DNA of 31,128 bases from contig JAFAPG010000045.1 in the NCBI GenBank assembly GCA_019247235.1, positions 1 to 31,128 of the forward strand, written 5' to 3'. Positions 1-6,338 of this stretch are shown one piece after another. Both the position numbers and the translations under genes were made by a program. How positions within the stretch are numbered: position 1 is the stretch's first letter; each line of letters starts with the position of its first letter. Origin of the DNA: Acidobacteriota bacterium (GTDB taxonomy: Bacteria; Acidobacteriota; Terriglobia; Terriglobales; Acidobacteriaceae). Under the pieces are notes generated by a model. That model searched no databases. It had not been told where the DNA came from and was given only the letters and a program-made list of their open reading frames with translations.

Positions 1-9
1 CTCGACCAT
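1..9 (-). CDS. 5' end of a leftward gene running off the window (MVE...)
   Basis: ATG at 9..7 with GAGAGG 8 nt upstream; divergent from 217..468. Confidence 0.35.
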
Positions 10-55
10 GGCAGCAGCCTCTCAAAAACGATGCTCACAACACCGTCCGGAGTAC

Positions 56-132
56 CGTATACTGTCTTGAATCTGCCAGTCAAGTGGTTTTTCAGGAGGG
101 GGTGTCATTATCAAGCCAGATTCCCCTTGAAT
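56..132. promoter_or_regulatory. Divergent control region with candidate leftward sigma70 promoter and inverted repeats
   Basis: Minus strand TTGACT (83..78) with TATACG/TACGGT 16-18 nt downstream; CTTGA-N9-TCAAG at 66..84; TCAAG-N10-CTTGA at 111..130; GAATCTG/CAGATTC at 69..75 and 117..123. Confidence 0.35.
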
Positions 133-216
133 TCGAAACCCGACTTGTGCGATTAAGATCTTCAGACGAGAGCGTGTACTGCTTTTGCCTCGTCGTTAGA
201 GGGGGAGACAAAAACC

Positions 217-468
217 ATGTTTCGCGACGGAAAGGCTTTTGTGGCCGACTGGAAGGACTCTCTCGGCCGAAGGCGGCGCCGCTGGTTTCACTCAGAAAGC
301 GAAGCTCTGCGGCATGAACACCTCATGGCCGCGCAGGTATTATCTGTGCGGGTAGGCGAGCGCATGCGCAAAGCGGCCAACACGGAGCGCGAGCTCATGA
401 ATCTCGCAAAAGAGTGCGCGCGCATTGCGCAAAAGGTTTCTCTTGGCCAAGCCGTACGAGCCGGCTAA
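217..468 (+). CDS. Small basic protein resembling an arm-type DNA-binding (integrase N-terminal/Xis-like) domain
   Basis: GGGGGAG SD; FVADWKDSLGRRRRRWFHSESEA resembles the three-stranded arm-binding pattern. Confidence 0.55.
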   Translation: MFRDGKAFVADWKDSLGRRRRRWFHSESEALRHEHLMAAQVLSVRVGERMRKAANTERELMNLAKECARIAQKVSLGQAVRAG

Positions 469-477
469 AAAGCAAAC

Positions 478-502
478 GGCGCGAGGGCTGTGTTCTCGCG
501 CC
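478..502. terminator. GC-rich hairpin, possible terminator
   Basis: GGCGCGAGGGC-tgt-GTTCTCGCGCC; A-rich 5' flank gives a U-rich tail on the minus strand. Confidence 0.4.
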
Positions 503-585
503 GCCAACTTTGTGAGAACCCCCATCCGGTCGAGGTAGAGGGCTGAACGAGGCTGCTAGTCCACGTTCTGAAGAAGCATCAAGCG

Positions 586-828
586 ATGTCAGATTACCTC
601 AAAATCGGCGGCGAAGAAAGTACAAACCAGAAGCCGCCAGCGGTCTCTCCCTACCTCGTTGAATACCTGGCGGTTCCGATCGAAGAGCTCTACTTCTGCC
701 CCTACTGCGAAGTGCTGCACACGGTAGCCTTTAATCGCGAGTGCGAGTTTGGGCTGATCGGCACCTGCGGCGAGTGCGGCGAGCAATTGTTCAGGCCCTT
801 TACCCGAACAGTGAGCGAGGCCGCATGA
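586..828 (+). CDS. Zinc-ribbon protein
   Basis: CPYC...CGEC; stop overlaps next start (ATGA). Confidence 0.65.
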   Translation: MSDYLKIGGEESTNQKPPAVSPYLVEYLAVPIEELYFCPYCEVLHTVAFNRECEFGLIGTCGECGEQLFRPFTRTVSEAA

Positions 829-1472
829 GGGGCTACTCCCGCCAGGAGGTCCTCGACCTGATCCGGCGAGCCGACTTCTCGGTTGAGCGCGTCGTCTCGG
901 GCACCAAGCGCCATTACGGCCGCGATCACCTGGGAAGTTTCCTCTTGGCGATGTGGGAGGCGGCGACGAAACCCCACGGCGCCCGCATCATGTTTTTTAC
1001 CAGCGTCGAGAAGTACGCCAAGCACGCGAACGACAAATCTGAGCGGGCGGCGCGCTATAACCTCCGCGATCTCGAAGACACCGGGGTTATCGTCCTCAAG
1101 CAGGAAGCAAACACCACGGACGAGCAAGGCGTCTTCATGCACACCGCCCGGCACGAACTGAACCTCGACGAGCTCAACCGCCGCTGCCGCCAGCCCATGG
1201 CCAGAGGTGCCGAGCCCGCGCCAGCGCCTGAAGCGAAGCCTCGCCCAGAAAAGTGCGAGCCTCACACGTTAACCAGCCGCGCGGCGCGGCAATTCATGGG
1301 CGAGGTCAAGCGCCTCGAAGCCGGAAATGAGCACGCGATCGCGGCCGAGCAGTACCGCGCCCCCCTTCCCTTCCCTGAGGCCTTCCTGAAAGTTTGCGCC
1401 GCCTGGAGTCTTGATCCTGTCCGGGCCCGGCGCCGGCTGGTGTACTGGGGCTTCGTCTTCCCCGATCCCTGA
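825..1472 (+). CDS. Winged-HTH protein, candidate phage replication initiator (start refined to ATG 825)
   Basis: TSVEKYAKHANDKSERAARYNLRDLEDTGVI matches HTH_36/O-like N-terminal pattern; Pro-rich linker; ATGA coupling. Confidence 0.6.
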   Translation: MRGYSRQEVLDLIRRADFSVERVVSGTKRHYGRDHLGSFLLAMWEAATKPHGARIMFFTSVEKYAKHANDKSERAARYNLRDLEDTGVIVLKQEANTTDEQGVFMHTARHELNLDELNRRCRQPMARGAEPAPAPEAKPRPEKCEPHTLTSRAARQFMGEVKRLEAGNEHAIAAEQYRAPLPFPEAFLKVCAAWSLDPVRARRRLVYWGFVFPDP

Positions 1473-1512
1473 GCGTCATGCAATTTTTGCATGGCCTAAC
1501 TTTTCCACAAAC

Positions 1513-1549
1513 GAAAGCCCCTCGGAGCCGTGTGCTCAAAGGGGCTTTT
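1513..1549 (+). terminator. Intrinsic, probably bidirectional terminator
   Basis: AAAGCCCCT...AGGGGCTTTT outer stem with inner GAGC/GCTC stem, 40 nt after the 1472 stop. Confidence 0.7.
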
Positions 1550-1638
1550 CCGCCACGATTGTGACCCTACCGCGTTTCCCCCATTTTACTCAGGAGGTTC
1601 CTGCCGGCAGTCGCGCATCATCTTTCTGTGTGTAGACC

Positions 1639-1740
1639 GGGGCAATGATTGCATGGAAAGGGGGCAGATCCTGCTAGGAAGTGGGGCAGAAATTGACCCC
1701 CGAAGTTGCTTTTAGAAGTGATTTCTCTATTTAAAGGTAT
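1639..1740. repeat. Candidate replication origin: three GGGGCA repeats at 22-bp period plus AT-rich tract
   Basis: GGGGCA at 1639, 1661, 1683, each with partial dyad symmetry; AT-rich 1705..1740; non-coding, downstream of the wHTH gene. Confidence 0.5.
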
Positions 1741-1997
1741 CCCCCTTAACCCCCAACTTCGGTGCCGGCTCGAACTCCCGACGAACTCCAACACCTTTTC
1801 GGTGCGCTAACGCGATTTCTGAAACTGCAAATTTGTACGGGGGGCTACCGCCCCCTGCGACCCCCTACTCCATGAAGTGCGGAATGCAATGCGGCTGCCA
1901 GAGGTGGGAGACACCCGAAAAGTAAAGGCGGCGCCGGCAGGATGAAAATCCACCCCAAAACGGATGGGAATCGGAGTTTAGCTGTAGCTAAAGTCGA

Positions 1998-2225
1998 TCA
2001 GGCTGAAGCTCGGGGAAACAGCCGTGAGGCGATCTCTAACTCTTGCGCGTCTTCAATCTGCTGATGCAGGCGGTCGAGTTCGGCGGTTCCGGTGTGGGCG
2101 GCGATCAGGCGCGCAAGTCTATGTACTTCTTCGACTGCTAATTCTTTTTTCCCGGTTTCGATCGCTCCCATAATGGTGGTCAGACGGCTGTGGACGCGAT
2201 GAGCTAAACGCACGGAGATATACGT
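1998..2225 (-). CDS. Small helical protein, paralog A (probable ACG start at 2225; ORF track start 2264)
   Basis: 21/41 identity to 3535..3747 by manual alignment; tandem GGAGG SD 5 nt before ACG. Confidence 0.65.
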   Translation of the reverse strand, partial: TYISVRLAHRVHSRLTTIMGAIETGKKELAVEEVHRLARLIAAHTGTAELDRLHQQIEDAQELEIASRLFPRASA

Positions 2226-2293
2226 ACGGTCCTCCCCTCCCCCTAGTTCCGCCCATTGTGGCACGAAAAAGTACTGATTAGGGAGTCGGGAAA

Positions 2294-2608
2294 CTACGGA
2301 GTCGGTTCGGCAGGGAGAGTAATTTCCTTGAAATCAAAGAACCTGACGGCCGCATGCGCCCAGGCCTTTGGCATTTGCGTGGGCTCGCGTTTGGGATTCT
2401 CGATGGCAGTTTTCATGGGCTCGGTGACCTGAAGCGCAAGATTCTGCGAAATGCGCACCAACTGCCCGTGGCCACCAGCCAATTGACCGAGCTCAAAACC
2501 CAGCCGATCAGAGAGTTCATACTGAGACGCGGCGCGACGTTGGGCGTTCAGCATTCGGCGGTACTTCGAAGCGATCGATTTTTCTTTTCGAGTGAGAGGT
2601 TTCGACAT
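2294..2608 (-). CDS. Hypothetical protein (start refined to MSKPL)
   Basis: Open frame with protein-like composition; fills gap before the divergent region. Confidence 0.55.
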   Translation of the reverse strand: MSKPLTRKEKSIASKYRRMLNAQRRAASQYELSDRLGFELGQLAGGHGQLVRISQNLALQVTEPMKTAIENPKREPTQMPKAWAHAAVRFFDFKEITLPAEPTP

Positions 2609-2744
2609 CAGAAATTTAAAGAAGGGGCGCTCAGTCGAGTCGAGAGAGCGCCCCAACCAGGCATCAGTGTGGAGTTAAAGGGAATCTACCTTGTAAACCA
2701 CTCTCGGCGCGAGATTACAGAGGTAATGGGCGACACTGAGTGCG

Positions 2745-2763
2745 TGGCGCCACCATGGCGCCA
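2745..2763. promoter_or_regulatory. Tandem palindromes TGGCGCCA x2, 11 bp apart (candidate operator)
   Basis: TGGCGCCA at 2745..2752 and 2756..2763 in a divergent intergenic region. Confidence 0.35.
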
Positions 2764-2784
2764 CTCGTAAAAAGGGAGGTTTCT

Positions 2785-3153
2785 ATGGCGGCGAGAGAGT
2801 GTTCGCCCTGCATTCGGTGCAGGGAGGATGTAGAGATTTCAGATGCGGCCGTGGCGCTAAGAATCGATGGCCGAACGGTAGGAATTCAGCCGCGCCGGCA
2901 GAGCGATCAAAAGCAGGCTTATCTATGTGTTGAGTGCGCAATCGCGATCGCCATGGGGCGAATTGAACCCCCGCGAACTCAACCCCTTACCATGGTCGCT
3001 CATTCCATCATCTGCGAGATGGTGGCCAACGATCCCTCGATCGTAGTTGCAGCCTGGAAGCAGCTACGTAAACGCCTGGAGCTGCCGGCGAGTGTAGCCT
3101 TCCCGGAAATCGAGATCCTGCCCCCGGGGGACCGTCTCCGGCTTGCAACCTAA
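2785..3153 (+). CDS. Zinc-finger protein (start refined to ATG 2785)
   Basis: GGGAGG SD; CIRC...CVEC. Confidence 0.7.
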   Translation: MAARECSPCIRCREDVEISDAAVALRIDGRTVGIQPRRQSDQKQAYLCVECAIAIAMGRIEPPRTQPLTMVAHSIICEMVANDPSIVVAAWKQLRKRLELPASVAFPEIEILPPGDRLRLAT

Positions 3154-3187
3154 GGGGTACTATCTTCTCTAGGAGGATTTACTTCCC

Positions 3188-3538
3188 ATGAACAACAGAC
3201 CCACACAGGGTAGGTTTGTAAATTTCACCATCGACAAGATCACAGCCGAGCAGATTTCAAAACTCAATCAACAGGTCCAGACAGGAACCGGACTCAGCGG
3301 CTCGGGAGGTGGGGGAATTGGTGGTGGAGGGCATACGCAACAGCAGACGCGCCATTATGCGCCCGGCGAGCAGGTACCGTTTCTCGTCACCGGCACGAAC
3401 GGCACAACCTGTAACGGCTATCTCTTCCCAGATGGTGGCGGGGGTCCGCTTTATGTCTCAGGAATCCAGTACTCCGCGAACAATTCGCCGAGGACTTGGA
3501 ACTGGATGGAAGGCACGGAGAAAGAGGCCGCGGCTTAG
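3188..3538 (+). CDS. Small beta-rich phage protein of unknown function with Gly/Gln-rich insert
   Basis: AGGAGG SD; PTQGRFVNF...PFLVT...CNGYLFPDG...TWNW resembles a recurring small phage family (from memory). Confidence 0.7.
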   Translation: MNNRPTQGRFVNFTIDKITAEQISKLNQQVQTGTGLSGSGGGGIGGGGHTQQQTRHYAPGEQVPFLVTGTNGTTCNGYLFPDGGGGPLYVSGIQYSANNSPRTWNWMEGTEKEAAA

Positions 3539-3747
3539 CGCTCTTTGGGGGGCTCGGAGCCCGCCCCTTCATCTTCGCGTGTCTTGCGGGCTTGTTCTTC
3601 TTCAGTTGTCTCGGTTTTTGAGGCCAGCAGTTTAGACAGGTTGCGCAGAGTATCGAGCGCCAAGTCGTACCGACCGACGACGATGGCGCCCATGGCAACC
3701 TGAAGCTCGGAGTGTGCCCGGTGCGCGAGACGGCGGGAGATGTACAC
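3535..3747 (-). CDS. Small helical protein, paralog B
   Basis: GTG start; homologous to 1998..2225 with many synonymous differences; stop overlaps stop of 3188..3538. Confidence 0.65.
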   Translation of the reverse strand: MYISRRLAHRAHSELQVAMGAIVVGRYDLALDTLRNLSKLLASKTETTEEEQARKTREDEGAGSEPPKER

Positions 3748-3759
3748 GAGAGAAGGGGG

Positions 3760-4071
3760 TTACTTCAGCGGGAAGCGTGAGAGGAACGCCTGCAGGAGCC
3801 AGCCAATGACCGACCCTTCAGCGGCGACGAGGAAGGTTAGAATTTTGATCCAGATTTTTGCCCAGCCTAATTTCTGAAGCGCCGACTTGCACTGCAACAC
3901 CTGAGTGCGCAGCTCGTCATTCGCGCGAACCAAAAGCCGGATGCGGTCATGAGCCGTGGTAACATCCTTTCGTAGTTCCTCAGGTGAGCGGTCCTCGAGA
4001 TAATGTTTTTTCCATTCATCGGGATGTTTCCATGACGAAGGGTCGGTAAAGAGAGGATCGCGAAAGGTCAC
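3760..4071 (-). CDS. Coiled-coil protein with C-terminal transmembrane helix (lysis-module membrane protein)
   Basis: Heptad region followed by IWIKILTFLVAAEGSVIGWLL; overlaps upstream stop. Confidence 0.7.
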   Translation of the reverse strand: MTFRDPLFTDPSSWKHPDEWKKHYLEDRSPEELRKDVTTAHDRIRLLVRANDELRTQVLQCKSALQKLGWAKIWIKILTFLVAAEGSVIGWLLQAFLSRFPLK

Positions 4072-4541
4072 TTCGTTTCTCCCGCGAACACCGCATGGTT
4101 GCAGTCAATCCAGTTGTGCGAGATACACCCTTGAGCATCCTCGAGCGACATCAGGCCGGCGCACACTCGGCGATGTAACTCGTTTTCAAGTTTGTCTTTA
4201 ACGTGAAAGCCAGGCGAGCCGTCTGAATATTTCGCAAGCTCGGGCCATAGGTTTTTGACGTCGTCCATTCCACCGAGCTCGAGGGGGATGAGATGGTCAA
4301 TTTCCTCTCGCACGGCCTTGGGGCATGGTTTCACTCCGTATGCCTTACACACTTGGCGCTTCATCGCCGCAGTTGTTTTGCGAAAGGGTTTCGTGCGAAA
4401 AGACGCAGAGCAAATCTCGTCCGCATTGGTAGTGCGAATCGCGCCTGGGGTCAAATCGGGATTAGGAAGCTGGGCCTGTAAGGGGGTTAAAGAGAAGCAA
4501 AAAGCCAGGCCCAGCCAACCTATGGCGTGCGATAACTGCAT
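4068..4541 (-). CDS. Secreted HNH-family nuclease-like protein
   Basis: Hydrophobic N-terminus ending LQA|Q; EIDHLIPLELGG..NLWPE..K..LEN..H HNH motif; 6 Cys in mature part. Confidence 0.75.
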   Translation of the reverse strand: MQLSHAIGWLGLAFCFSLTPLQAQLPNPDLTPGAIRTTNADEICSASFRTKPFRKTTAAMKRQVCKAYGVKPCPKAVREEIDHLIPLELGGMDDVKNLWPELAKYSDGSPGFHVKDKLENELHRRVCAGLMSLEDAQGCISHNWIDCNHAVFAGETK

Positions 4542-4556
4542 TGTAAATTGGGCAAC

Positions 4557-4604
4557 GAAAAAGAAGTTCCCGGCCCGCCTGCCAGAGAGGTCGAACGAGC
4601 CGGG
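4557..4604 (-). terminator. Intrinsic terminator after core lysis genes
   Basis: CCCGGCUCG/CGGGCCGGG 9-bp stem followed by aacuucuuuuu. Confidence 0.65.
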
Positions 4605-4623
4605 CGTCGCGACAAACTCCGGT

Positions 4624-4953
4624 TTATGCGGCTGCGAAGTAGCCTTTTAGCGCTTGAACGGCCAGCTCAACCAAAAGATTGAGCAGTGATTCAGCGACTG
4701 TGATGCCCTGAGCTTTTAAGTCGGTTCCAATTTTCTGGACGGCCGCCACCCGTTTCCCCGCGCCGTCAGTTGCGAGAGTAGAAACTGCTTCGACTGCATC
4801 GGCCACGACTTTCCCTTCAGCGGTTTTTAGCAGTGCCAGCGCAGATTGGGCGAACTGCTGGGCGCGCTCCTTGCCAACGAGCTTCTCGAAGTCGGCGCTT
4901 ACTTTTACTTCCGCGCCATGCACAAAATTCTCAATCTTACTAAATAGACTCAT
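4624..4953 (-). CDS. LL-H holin-family-like or amphipathic lysis accessory protein
   Basis: GAGKRVAAVQKIGTDLKAQGITVAESLLNLLVELAV resembles the LL-H holin C-terminus; no clear N-terminal TM. Confidence 0.55.
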   Translation of the reverse strand: MSLFSKIENFVHGAEVKVSADFEKLVGKERAQQFAQSALALLKTAEGKVVADAVEAVSTLATDGAGKRVAAVQKIGTDLKAQGITVAESLLNLLVELAVQALKGYFAAA

Positions 4954-4956
4954 GAC

Positions 4957-5268
4957 TCATTTCTCCTTGTAACTCGTTTCAAATTTCGAAAGGTTGTCGG
5001 CCGCAAGTAGATCCTGAGGAACGGTCAGATTTAGAAAGCCTTTCTTCTCGAGGCTCTCAAGCGAGAGGTACATCGCCGTTGCCGCGTCCTGCAGAGCTTT
5101 GCCTTCGCCGATCCACTGCGCCAACTTGCTGGCCCCACTGCGCCACAAAAAAGAAATCTGCGCGGAGTAAAACATCGAGACGAATGCGTTTACCTCGTCG
5201 CGCTCGAGATTCGCGTTTTTTGCCGACTCGTAAAACTCGACCGGATTCGGAAAGCTTAGGAGCGCCAT
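4957..5268 (-). CDS. Hypothetical protein in lysis module
   Basis: ATG immediately after upstream TAG; operon-like packing. Confidence 0.7.
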   Translation of the reverse strand: MALLSFPNPVEFYESAKNANLERDEVNAFVSMFYSAQISFLWRSGASKLAQWIGEGKALQDAATAMYLSLESLEKKGFLNLTVPQDLLAADNLSKFETSYKEK

Positions 5269-5433
5269 CTACTTCTCGGCCAGCTGCTGCGCGCTTGCGC
5301 GATCTTTAAACTGCACGTAGAGCCGCATCGTGCCTTGAGGGGAATCGACCTGTAACTCACCTGCGAGAAGCAGCGTGCGGATCTCCTCGAGCGACAGCCA
5401 TTGGCTGGCGGTAAAGGCCTGGTTAATTTGCAT
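5269..5433 (-). CDS. Small hypothetical protein (start refined to MQINQ)
   Basis: ATG overlaps end of upstream gene; stop abuts next ATG. Confidence 0.55.
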   Translation of the reverse strand: MQINQAFTASQWLSLEEIRTLLLAGELQVDSPQGTMRLYVQFKDRASAQQLAEK

Positions 5434-5692
5434 TGGCGATAGGCGCGGGTGCGACTGCCGGCACAACCGGAGCTGCGGCCTGGCTGCGGTTGGGCATCAT
5501 ATAGAACGCTCGCGCGGCTACTACTCCCGCCGAAATCGAAATCGCAGCGTAGTGCTTCAGGCATTCCCGGGTGAAGCACATATGCTCACTCCAGGCATGC
5601 GCAAAGGTAGATGCTGCGGCCGAAGCGAAGGCGATAATCAAAGCTTGCACGGGATGCGGCAATGATCCCCACATGGCGCGAAGTTTCGTCAT
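5423..5692 (-). CDS. Two-TM holin candidate (start refined to MTKLR)
   Basis: Hydrophobic segments VQALIIAFASAAASTFA and YAAISISAGVVAARAFY; downstream of endolysin. Confidence 0.6.
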   Translation of the reverse strand: MTKLRAMWGSLPHPVQALIIAFASAAASTFAHAWSEHMCFTRECLKHYAAISISAGVVAARAFYMMPNRSQAAAPVVPAVAPAPIANAN

Positions 5693-5802
5693 GTCCACTA
5701 GAACATCAGGAAGCTGGGGTCGAGGAAAGATGACGAACGCCTTACACCTATGGCGCAAGATGGCGTTAGGAACTTTAGTGCCTAGCATCCTAGTCTGATC
5801 TT

Positions 5803-5991
5803 GTGCACCCGGATGAAGCGCGGTTACTTGAAGAAATCCAACACGAGCACGATTTCGCGAAAGTCGAAAAGCTGATCGATGAACTGCTCAGGCGCTTTCG
5901 CGAGGAAGACGCTATATCCAGACTCCGGTGCGAATCTGCTCGGAGAGGCGATGGGCGCGGGCGCCCACCTGGCGAGCCCACAGCGAGTTGA
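5803..5991 (+). CDS. Possible small antisense helical protein
   Basis: DEARLLEEIQHEHDFAKVEKLIDELLRRF is amphipathic-helical; sits in a minus-strand gap; no SD; 3' part overlaps the endolysin. Confidence 0.3.
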   Translation: MHPDEARLLEEIQHEHDFAKVEKLIDELLRRFREEDAISRLRCESARRGDGRGRPPGEPTAS

Positions 5992-6334
5992 GCATCTCTT
6001 CGGCTGCGCCCTGGTAGTCGCCAGCTTTCAGCTTTGCCAGGAATTGAACAAACTGCTCAAGTTTCCCGTCGATGTTATAAGCCATATTATTTAGCGCGGC
6101 CAGGCGTACATCGTCGAGTGCGAGTGACCACGGGAGATGTGTTCGTACCCAGGCGGCGGTGCGTTCGGCGCGGTTTTGCAGTAGATACATATTTTCTTCG
6201 TGCGTGATGCCTCCGCCGCGGGCGTCGATCAGGATGCCTGAACCAATGGTCCAGTAGCCGAGCGAATCCTGATAGGCATGCAGGATCTCGCCTTCATCGC
6301 GCACTAGTTGGTCGATGAGGTTCGAGGGAGCCAT
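5912..6334 (-). CDS. Endolysin, T4-lysozyme-like (GH24) muramidase
   Basis: LVRDEG...YQDSLGYWTIGSG catalytic E-D-T pattern; AAEEMLNSLWARQVGARA C-terminal motif. Confidence 0.9.
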   Translation of the reverse strand: MAPSNLIDQLVRDEGEILHAYQDSLGYWTIGSGILIDARGGGITHEENMYLLQNRAERTAAWVRTHLPWSLALDDVRLAALNNMAYNIDGKLEQFVQFLAKLKAGDYQGAAEEMLNSLWARQVGARAHRLSEQIRTGVWI

Positions 6335-6338
6335 AGGG

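Noticed and set aside
1530-1926. Remnant of an O-like initiator gene around the iterons
   Set aside because: Frame is broken by two stops, has no start signals and no HTH; the linker-like look is explained by the repeats
4490-4541. Lipobox in the HNH protein (LAFC), i.e. an o-spanin
   Set aside because: Phe at -1 is non-canonical, a better LQA|Q site follows, and the body is an HNH domain
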